Positions 28,991-36,266 of a DNA stretch of 64,000 nt are shown piece by piece. The position numbers were made by a program, and so were the translations under genes. The notes below the pieces were generated by a model that ran no database searches, was not told where the DNA came from, and saw only the letters and a program-made list of their open reading frames with translations. This stretch comes from Candidatus Aenigmatarchaeota archaeon (lineage in GTDB: Archaea; Aenigmatarchaeota; Aenigmatarchaeia; CG10238-14; SCSR01): contig JAWBWS010000001.1 in NCBI GenBank assembly GCA_038999725.1, positions 96,001-160,000 on the forward strand, written 5' to 3'. Positions within the stretch are counted from its first letter, which is position 1; every line of letters starts with the position of its first letter.

Positions 28991-29404
28991 TTAAGGCGAA
29001 AACCTAAACTTCACAAACTTTGATAAATTTACCTCTTTTTCTAAATCCTTGTAATTATATGTTATCTTACCTTCAACTATGAAAAAATCATCTTCTTGAT
29101 AAGCATTCAAAAATTCAAAATGTGAATTAGAATTTTTTAAATTAAGGGTAATTGTTTTGGATATCTCTTTTACAATATCTCCGTACGAATAACCTCTCCC
29201 TCTACTTTCCAAGCATTCGTTTTCTAAATATTTCCTGAAATAGAATTGGGAATACTCCACTTCATTCACGATTTCAGAATATTTTCTAGATATTGTTGAA
29301 ATTTCTATCTCACTATCCAAAAGCTCACCTAAAAAGTAAAAACCTATAACCATCAAAATACAAACAATGAATATAGCAACTATATAGCCTATTACTCCTT
29401 TCAT
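28991..29404 (-). CDS. Pilin-like protein
   Basis: MKG|VIG plus helix. Confidence 0.75.
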   Translation of the reverse strand: MKGVIGYIVAIFIVCILMVIGFYFLGELLDSEIEISTISRKYSEIVNEVEYSQFYFRKYLENECLESRGRGYSYGDIVKEISKTITLNLKNSNSHFEFLNAYQEDDFFIVEGKITYNYKDLEKEVNLSKFVKFRFSP

Positions 29405-29790
29405 ACCATAACCTCTATTTTTATTTTTTTATTGTCTTCAACTAGTTCGAGAGATGTTTTTTCTTCAGAAACTAGCTTAGGATTTCCTAAAATCTTATCA
29501 GCTACTGTAATTTTATAAGAAGGTAGGACTTTATTTATCTCCGATTCTATTTCAGCTTTATCGATTTTCCCTTCTAAATAATCTAAAATTTTTTCACTCA
29601 TATCAGACTGGGCTATAGCTATAGAAAGTGCTTGGGATTTAAGTGGATTGTAAATTGGTTTATAGATTATGTCAACTTCTATCTTTATTTGTAAGAAAGA
29701 CATGATAACATACAATATGCTACAAAATATTATGAAAATCACTAGGAAAATCACAAAGTTAAATATTTTAGGCAAAAGCTGGCCCTTAAT
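29401..29790 (-). CDS. Pilin-like protein, probable ATT start
   Basis: Frame reads TAG GCT ATT AAG GGC CAG CTT TTG, i.e. (M)KG|QLLP. The track's TTG start at 29775 loses the leader. Confidence 0.7.
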   Translation of the reverse strand: MKGQLLPKIFNFVIFLVIFIIFCSILYVIMSFLQIKIEVDIIYKPIYNPLKSQALSIAIAQSDMSEKILDYLEGKIDKAEIESEINKVLPSYKITVADKILGNPKLVSEEKTSLELVEDNKKIKIEVMV

Positions 29791-30193
29791 AGCCTACCAC
29801 CATTTTCCCAAATTTGAATTTTCCATTTGAATAAATCGTAATTGGAAGTGTAATCTTAACTCTATTCTTTGATGATCCAAGCCTCCATATGGTTTTAAAA
29901 TCAGTTATTTCTACTTCAAAGTAATTTGAATCAAAGCAAAGATCTCCTCGATTCAATTTTTTTTCATCAAAAATGCCTCTGTAAAAATTTCCAGCCTCAT
30001 CTTCATATATCAAACATTTATTGCCCATGATTGAGTTAATTCCATCAAAAATTATTCTGTTATCAATGGTGTCCTTAATTTTTATGTTATAAACTGTAAA
30101 CAGTAAGAATAAACCAAGTAAAAAGGCTATTGTTAAAAGATTTTTAAGTATGTCTATCATTTCTTCCGGTATTATGAAAGCTTGTCCCTTCAT
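29786..30193 (-). CDS. Pilin-like protein
   Basis: MKG|QAF plus helix; ATGA overlap; paralogue of the vWA pilin scaffold. Confidence 0.8.
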   Translation of the reverse strand: MKGQAFIIPEEMIDILKNLLTIAFLLGLFLLFTVYNIKIKDTIDNRIIFDGINSIMGNKCLIYEDEAGNFYRGIFDEKKLNRGDLCFDSNYFEVEITDFKTIWRLGSSKNRVKITLPITIYSNGKFKFGKMVVGY

Positions 30194-30570
30194 TCTATCC
30201 AAACCTCATCTCCCACTTTCTTTATGGTTATAAATGTATTAGGACAATTTGAGCTGCTGTCCTTAATTTTGACATAATTTGGAGAAATTATTTCATTGGA
30301 ATAAGTGTCATCTCCTATTCTCACAATAACTTTACCTTCAGAAATTTTAACATCACAAGATTTTCCAACAAGAATTTTTGACGAAACATTAAAAGTTGAA
30401 GATGAAATGGAAGAAATTACACTTGCCAAGGTTTCTGAAAAAAGTTTACTGTTCATCCAATTCCTTTTGAATAGGGATAAACCAACAATGTAAGAAGAGT
30501 ATATTATTAACAAAAGAATAACAATGTTAGCAAAAAACTGTAAAAATTGGATTAACAAAGAGCCTTTCAT
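30190..30570 (-). CDS. Pilin-like protein
   Basis: MKG|SLL plus helix; resembles the N-terminal domain of the protease pilin. Confidence 0.75.
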   Translation of the reverse strand: MKGSLLIQFLQFFANIVILLLIIYSSYIVGLSLFKRNWMNSKLFSETLASVISSISSSTFNVSSKILVGKSCDVKISEGKVIVRIGDDTYSNEIISPNYVKIKDSSSNCPNTFITIKKVGDEVWIE

Positions 30571-30573
30571 AAT

Positions 30574-33015
30574 TTAATTTAGGCTTGATATTTTAAAGTC
30601 TATTAAAGTTGGGTTGTTTTTGTAAACATCCGGATAAATTAACTGTGTTTCTCTGTAGACATCTATGAGAAGCCCTACAAATCCTGAAACTACTGAGCAA
30701 AGGCCAGGGAATTTGGGTCCAAAGCCTAAACATGTTTTTATCACATCAGGAATGGTTAAAGGTGCGAGTGTTCCTCCTGAGAGAAGTGTTCCACCTACAG
30801 CACAAAGTGCTGAAGAAACACACCTTGACAAATATTCTCCGGCTTCTGTTCCAATATACCAGTTTACAAGACCGGCTGTTGCATAACAGTAATTCTTTTT
30901 GTTGTGAGCCTCCGGCATATAGGGCTCAACATATATAGTGCCCCCCTCTTGATAAATTCTAAGTTTTGCATAACATGGGCTTACCAAGTAAAATCTTGGG
31001 TCTGGTGCTACTATGCTACCTCTCTTCAACTTTATTGAATCTATGCCTTTAGCTTGACAAGCTTGTAATGGATAAGCCCTAACACAAGCACCTAATTGAA
31101 CACAAAGAGCTCCATCTTGGCAAGATGTTTGACAATAGCCTTCTGGTGGTTTCTCTCTAGACGGATAGCCATAATAAGAAAAATACCTATCCCAATAAGT
31201 TGCTCCTAATGGAGTATAAAGATCCTGAGTTCTAAGAATAGCATAGCCTAAAGTTCCTCTTGAAAATATTTCTACATCTTCTTTCAATCTTAATCTTTTT
31301 TCGTTAAGTAGATCCCATAATTTTTTAGCTTCTTCAGGATCTTTAAAAACATCATTATAATCCTCTTTAACAATATTTTCTGTTCTATAAGAAAGAATAT
31401 TGAGGAAATCCTCTCGACTTGGTAAAGGTCTCAAGAAGATATCTGACTCTATTAAAAGCTCTTCATATAAGTTCAGGGCCTCCTCGTCCAAACTGTCAAT
31501 CAACTTCTCTAATTTTGATCCTTTCTCCATAACTACAAAAAACAGGCCTTGACTCGCTTCTTCCTCCAATCTAGCCAACCTTAATGAGATTATTCTCAAT
31601 GCTTCTTCTTCATCAGCAACCTTAACCCCAGCACGTTTAAGAACATCTAATGCTTCACTTGGATTTTCTTCAAAATATTTTTTAAGATGCTTAGCCATAA
31701 TTGAAAATGAGTCAGAGTCTATAACTTTATCGCTCATTATCTTTTCTTCTAGCAAAGCAATTTTTTCCTCAAAAGGTAAAACAACTTTTTCTTTTAGTTT
31801 AGTTAATAGGCTTTTCTTATCAGCTATAACTTCTTTAATCCCGGTAATTTTATAATCTTCCCTCTCATATACAATCGTAAAAATTCCATCAACTCTATTC
31901 GGATATCCTTTTTCTTTAAGGTATTCTTCTAATGGATTTATTATGTTTTCTAACGCTTTTTTAGAATCTTTTTTAGCAATAATTTTCCCTGTTACTTCAT
32001 CAAACTCCCAGCCTTTTTCTTCTAACAATTCTTTAAGTTCAAAACTATCTTCTATTTCATCTTTAAAATAGCTCAAAATATGCTCTTTTATTTCACTAAT
32101 CTTCGTAGAAAATTTCATCTTAACTGTACCAATTTTATCTTTTAGGTAAGCATTAACCTTTGGTGTAACAAATTTTTGTAAAGTAACTTTAGCCACATCT
32201 GCGCCTATACCAACTATTACCCCATCTTTCAAACAATCTCCTAGAGTTTTATCTTGAGTTACTAAGCAAAACACAGTGTACCCGGCTGTAACTTTTCCTA
32301 TGAATTTCCCCTCGCTTATAACAAGTTTCCCTCCCTTTACCACAATTTTCTTAGCTTTTCCTAAATTTTCTACTATTTCATCAACATCATTTTCTAAAGC
32401 ATTCCATACTCTTCTCAATTTGGTAAGAGTTTGGGGAGAGATTGACTCTATTTTATCTTTAATCTTGTTAGCAATTTTTCTTCCAAGTGTAATAGTCCCT
32501 TTTTCTCCAGCTTCTGCTGCTGCCTTCAAGCCGAAAATATCCATACCCAAAAACATGGAATCTAAAGTAACAGTTAACAAAAAGTTAGAGCTCCAAGGCA
32601 AATCTTCCGACCAAGGAATGAAAATTGAGGTCGCTGTTCCTGTAACACCTTGGCCAAATTGGTATGGTGGTTCTGGAGGGAAATATTCCCAATAAACTTT
32701 ATAGTAAGGATCATTATACAACTGTATAGGAATTTCAAGATCTGGCCCGCCTAAACCAATTTTTTTCTTAACCCAATTTATTCCATTTTCAATCTCATCC
32801 TTTAGGCTTGCTATTCTGTTCTGTTCAAGTTCAAATTTCAACTCTTTTTCTTGTCCAGTTTCACAAACATACTCTATAGCTTGATATAAATTGTAACCAT
32901 TTCTTTCAGCTATTTTATCACTTGAATTATGGATAAAAAACCACCAAATTCCAAACCCCACGATTATCGCTATTATTCCGCCTACGATTAAAAATCTTAA
33001 AGTGAATTCATTCAT
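30574..33015 (-). CDS. Giant (~813 aa) pilin-like protein with a long helical insert and Gly-rich hydrophobic segments
   Basis: N-terminal TM helix, central Lys/Glu-rich helical region, Cys-rich C-terminal domain, AVGGTLLSGGTLAP. Confidence 0.6.
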   Translation of the reverse strand: MNEFTLRFLIVGGIIAIIVGFGIWWFFIHNSSDKIAERNGYNLYQAIEYVCETGQEKELKFELEQNRIASLKDEIENGINWVKKKIGLGGPDLEIPIQLYNDPYYKVYWEYFPPEPPYQFGQGVTGTATSIFIPWSEDLPWSSNFLLTVTLDSMFLGMDIFGLKAAAEAGEKGTITLGRKIANKIKDKIESISPQTLTKLRRVWNALENDVDEIVENLGKAKKIVVKGGKLVISEGKFIGKVTAGYTVFCLVTQDKTLGDCLKDGVIVGIGADVAKVTLQKFVTPKVNAYLKDKIGTVKMKFSTKISEIKEHILSYFKDEIEDSFELKELLEEKGWEFDEVTGKIIAKKDSKKALENIINPLEEYLKEKGYPNRVDGIFTIVYEREDYKITGIKEVIADKKSLLTKLKEKVVLPFEEKIALLEEKIMSDKVIDSDSFSIMAKHLKKYFEENPSEALDVLKRAGVKVADEEEALRIISLRLARLEEEASQGLFFVVMEKGSKLEKLIDSLDEEALNLYEELLIESDIFLRPLPSREDFLNILSYRTENIVKEDYNDVFKDPEEAKKLWDLLNEKRLRLKEDVEIFSRGTLGYAILRTQDLYTPLGATYWDRYFSYYGYPSREKPPEGYCQTSCQDGALCVQLGACVRAYPLQACQAKGIDSIKLKRGSIVAPDPRFYLVSPCYAKLRIYQEGGTIYVEPYMPEAHNKKNYCYATAGLVNWYIGTEAGEYLSRCVSSALCAVGGTLLSGGTLAPLTIPDVIKTCLGFGPKFPGLCSVVSGFVGLLIDVYRETQLIYPDVYKNNPTLIDFKISSLN

Positions 33016-33017
33016 CT

Positions 33018-33269
33018 TTAACACCCACAAAATTTTTTGCAGTCATCCAACTTCAAGTTATTTCTCTCACAAATTTCTACAAAACTTTTTGAATTGATGA
33101 CAACTGCACCATCATCACAATAGTTTTTAATAAGTTCGAGGCAAGCTCTTTCCAATAATGTAGCTTTTTCATCCTGGCTATCGCTTATTATTTTTAAGAT
33201 AAAAACAACAGCTGCTATGATAACAAGTGAGAAAATTATCAAAACAATCAGGTATGGAATTTTTTCCAT
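33018..33269 (-). CDS. Small pilin-like protein with 6-Cys domain
   Basis: MEKIPY plus helix; C..C..C..CxxxCxC pattern. Confidence 0.7.
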   Translation of the reverse strand: MEKIPYLIVLIIFSLVIIAAVVFILKIISDSQDEKATLLERACLELIKNYCDDGAVVINSKSFVEICERNNLKLDDCKKFCGC

Positions 33270-33285
33270 AAAATAATTTTAGTTT

Positions 33286-33426
33286 TTAAAGTAAAAGATA
33301 TTGTTTAATGAGACCAAGCAGCTTCTCTTTACCTAGGGTTATGAAAAAGAACGCAAACAGAAGCAAAAAAACAAGCAAGATTATGTAAAATAAATATTTG
33401 AAAGGTAGGCTCACTCCTTTCATCAT
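33286..33426 (-). CDS. Mini-pilin, 46 aa (not in ORF track)
   Basis: Hand translation: MMKG|VSLPFKYLFYIILLVFLLLFAFFFITLGKEKLLGLIKQYLLL; ATGA overlap. Confidence 0.75.
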   Translation of the reverse strand: MMKGVSLPFKYLFYIILLVFLLLFAFFFITLGKEKLLGLIKQYLLL

Positions 33427-33560
33427 TTCCACGGTTTTGGAAGCTTAAAATTTAGTATAGCTTCTAAGAAATTAGTGTATTTAAACATGAAAAATATCAC
33501 GAAAATTATTATCGCAAGAATTATAATAGAAAGTATTTGTATCCATTCATCTTCACTCAC
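33423..33560 (-). CDS. Mini-pilin-like single-TM protein, 45 aa (not in ORF track)
   Basis: GTG start directly after the upstream TAA: MSEDEWIQILSIIILAIIIFVIFFMFKYTNFLEAILNFKLPKPWK. Confidence 0.7.
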   Translation of the reverse strand: MSEDEWIQILSIIILAIIIFVIFFMFKYTNFLEAILNFKLPKPWK

Positions 33561-33719
33561 TTAACCACCAAAAATTCTCTTCAAGAATTCTGGTATGTTC
33601 AAGATTTGTTCAAGTGTGTTAACTCCAGACTCTTTTATTTTCAAGTAAAAATAGATTACGACTAAAAGCATTAACACAACTATCACTATTATCACAATTG
33701 TATTAAATGGTAACTCCAT
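33561..33719 (-). CDS. Mini-pilin-like protein, 52 aa (not in ORF track)
   Basis: MELPFNTIVIIVIVVLMLLVVIYFYLKIKESGVNTLEQILNIPEFLKRIFGG. Confidence 0.75.
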   Translation of the reverse strand: MELPFNTIVIIVIVVLMLLVVIYFYLKIKESGVNTLEQILNIPEFLKRIFGG

Positions 33720-33738
33720 AATTCAATTTTTCGATTCT

Positions 33739-33933
33739 TTAAATAAATACTTCACAGAGCTCTGCCTTACCAAAAAGTTTACCTATGGTGAGTAAACATA
33801 TCTCCTTTGCTGTCAAACTAAAAACATTTGAATGAAACATTGATGAAAGCAAAATTACAGCTATTATTACGGTTAATATGATGGCTATGAGAATAACGAT
33901 CCAATTTAAAGTTAGTTCAATTGCACCTTTTAT
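33739..33933 (-). CDS. Mini-pilin, 64 aa, probable ATA start (not in ORF track)
   Basis: (M)KG|AIELTLNWIVILIAIILTVIIAVILLSSMF...CLLTIGKLFGKAELCEVFI. The ATA overlaps the upstream TAA, and an in-frame stop lies two codons earlier. Confidence 0.7.
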   Translation of the reverse strand: MKGAIELTLNWIVILIAIILTVIIAVILLSSMFHSNVFSLTAKEICLLTIGKLFGKAELCEVFI

Positions 33934-34112
33934 GGTTTACCACCTTTGATTACTCTTCTCAAAAATTCTTCGGTTGTATTCCATATTTTCCCAGATTTTA
34001 TATTTTCAATTAATTCTTTTGAAGTAAAAATTAGGATTCCTAAAATTACTATAGCAACGAGTAGGAAAAGGATTATTATGTAAATGTAGTCTATTGTACT
34101 GATTCCTTTCAT
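33930..34112 (-). CDS. Mini-pilin, 60 aa, Flp-like
   Basis: MKG|ISTIDY (D5-Y6, compare Flp E5-Y6) plus helix. Confidence 0.8.
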   Translation of the reverse strand: MKGISTIDYIYIIILFLLVAIVILGILIFTSKELIENIKSGKIWNTTEEFLRRVIKGGKP

Positions 34113-34231
34113 TTAAAAACGACCTCTACTGGAAATTTTTGAAGGTATGTGATCACGAAAAGTACTAAAATAAAAAAGATTATCAACCCTATAATTATTG
34201 AGAGCACGACTTTTGCTATCCTTTCTTCCAT
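34109..34231 (-). CDS. Mini-pilin-like single-TM protein, 40 aa (not in ORF track)
   Basis: MEERIAKVVLSIIIGLIIFFILVLFVITYLQKFPVEVVFK; starts right after the platform stop and overlaps the next gene by ATGA. Confidence 0.7.
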   Translation of the reverse strand: MEERIAKVVLSIIIGLIIFFILVLFVITYLQKFPVEVVFK

Positions 34232-36262
34232 TCACGACACTTCAAATATACTTATTATCATTCCAGAGAGTGAAACATAAATAATAATTGAAATTACTAC
34301 AAAAAGAATCGTCGATACCAACAAAATTTTAGAAGTTTTATCAAGCCAAACAACAAGATCAAAACCAGTTTCTAAACCAACTATTAAAATTCCAGAAATT
34401 ATTGAAACTTCTATTAGATAGATGCCAATGACCAACTGAAAAATTGCAGGCGATACCCTTGAAGCTTTCCAAATATCAAAAATTGGTAGGCCAATTGAAG
34501 GGATTCCAGAAACTTCTTCCGGAAGTATTACCCTACCTAAACTTAGAGAGAGTGAGATCAAAATCCCCATTATTATTAGACCAAGGGCTGTTGCTACACC
34601 AGTTACAATTGGGTTTAAGAAGAAACACATGAACTTGATTGTAGATACATTATCAGAAACTAGATCTTCTATTTTGTTTTGAAGTGAAGACAGTTTTTTC
34701 AAATATCTGGAAATGGTACTTAAAGCTTGAGAAAGATAAATAGAACCTCTTGATGATATATCAACTATTATCCTGAAAACTGATGTAAGCAAAACAGAAT
34801 TATATTTCCTAAGGATTCCTGTTTTCTTGTTAAACAATGCTGAATTCAAGCTTTCTCCAAGCAATATGCTATCTTTCAACTCTTTAAACAGCTCTTCTAT
34901 TTCAAAAACTTTTGATCTTGTAGAAAGGGAAATTATTGATTTTTCAAATGGCGCACCTATTTTCAAAGAATGTGAAATCTGAAGCAATACAGAATCTATC
35001 TCTGATTCTATTCTCCTTGTTTTTTTCATTTTCTCTATTATGCTGTTTGTATAAAAAATGATAGGTAGGGTGAAAATTAGGACAAGTGCAACCAGTAAGG
35101 TTGCACTCATAATAGCTGGTGTCTTCAAATCACTCATCAGTGAGCTACATTCTTGGGCATCCAAGTTTAATTTTTCTGGTTTCTTCTCAGGTTCAAATTT
35201 TTCGTTCATCCAATTCGAGCAAAGTTTAAAGTTCTCTGTATGAGAATATATTGGGGGAACAAAAATGATGGAAATTGTCAGCGCTAAAATCAAGAGTAGG
35301 GGAAAGATATTTGCTTGTTTGCCAAAAAAATTGAAAGTTAAGATCGGTTTATCCAACTCTATTGGTGAAGTCACCAAAGGTCTCCCGTTTATCACAAACA
35401 TTATCAATATCAGAAGAATTGTTGGTAAGAAAATATCATATATGAAAAACACTCCTATGATGTCAAGAAGTTCTGGCAAAAATATCGTCATTAACGGGAT
35501 TAAAGTAAGGCCAATAACAGGAAGCACTAACCCTAGAACCATTATAGCAGTTGTTGGGAGCTTTAATTCTCTCGCATATTTTTCCATTCTTTGGTAGCTG
35601 TCTTCTATGACCAAATTTGTAGCTTCATCTAATAGTCTCTCGCCTTGATAAGGGTTCTTTGAGTAAGATATTAAAAGCTTAAGTGCTTCGCTGAACTCTC
35701 TTGCCTCAACATACCATTTTTCGGCAACTTCATTTAGACCATCTTCAAAATTGTAAATTTTCTGTGAAATGAAATCATGTAGAATCTTGCCCAAATCTTC
35801 CCTTATAGGACCCTTTAGATTTTTGTAAGCTAAAAGCACTGCATTTTCAAGATTTGGAAGTTGAGAGAGGGAGATAACCATATAAGTTATACAATGTGCC
35901 ATCTCTGAGGATGCTTGAGCACGAACAATTTTCACTCTTAAGTATGGATAATAGTAAATCGAAAACGAGAAAAATCCAAACATGAAGAATAATGGGAAAA
36001 AATAGGAAAAGTTGATGAAAAAAGAGATTAGAAAAATTGCCAAAATGGAAAAAATGAAGAAGAGAATAGCTGCAGATATGTTGGAAGTTGGTGGTATCTT
36101 GAGTAGAGAGAATTTTATAATCCTCTCTTCTTCTTTCATTTTTCTTTCGGTCAATTTTATTCTTAAAATCTTGTAAGAAAAATCGCAAAATAACTCATAC
36201 AAACTCTTCTTTCTTTCTCTTTCAATCTCTTTATAGATTTCCAACACTTCTTTTGATACCAT
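34232..36262 (-). CDS. Type IV pilus membrane platform protein, copy 2 (fused TadB/TadC, ArlJ-like)
   Basis: Directly downstream of the ATPase; YMVISLSQLPNLENA and SLKIGAPFE repeats with TM clusters. Confidence 0.85.
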   Translation of the reverse strand: MVSKEVLEIYKEIERERKKSLYELFCDFSYKILRIKLTERKMKEEERIIKFSLLKIPPTSNISAAILFFIFSILAIFLISFFINFSYFFPLFFMFGFFSFSIYYYPYLRVKIVRAQASSEMAHCITYMVISLSQLPNLENAVLLAYKNLKGPIREDLGKILHDFISQKIYNFEDGLNEVAEKWYVEAREFSEALKLLISYSKNPYQGERLLDEATNLVIEDSYQRMEKYARELKLPTTAIMVLGLVLPVIGLTLIPLMTIFLPELLDIIGVFFIYDIFLPTILLILIMFVINGRPLVTSPIELDKPILTFNFFGKQANIFPLLLILALTISIIFVPPIYSHTENFKLCSNWMNEKFEPEKKPEKLNLDAQECSSLMSDLKTPAIMSATLLVALVLIFTLPIIFYTNSIIEKMKKTRRIESEIDSVLLQISHSLKIGAPFEKSIISLSTRSKVFEIEELFKELKDSILLGESLNSALFNKKTGILRKYNSVLLTSVFRIIVDISSRGSIYLSQALSTISRYLKKLSSLQNKIEDLVSDNVSTIKFMCFFLNPIVTGVATALGLIIMGILISLSLSLGRVILPEEVSGIPSIGLPIFDIWKASRVSPAIFQLVIGIYLIEVSIISGILIVGLETGFDLVVWLDKTSKILLVSTILFVVISIIIYVSLSGMIISIFEVS

Positions 36263-36266
36263 CCAA

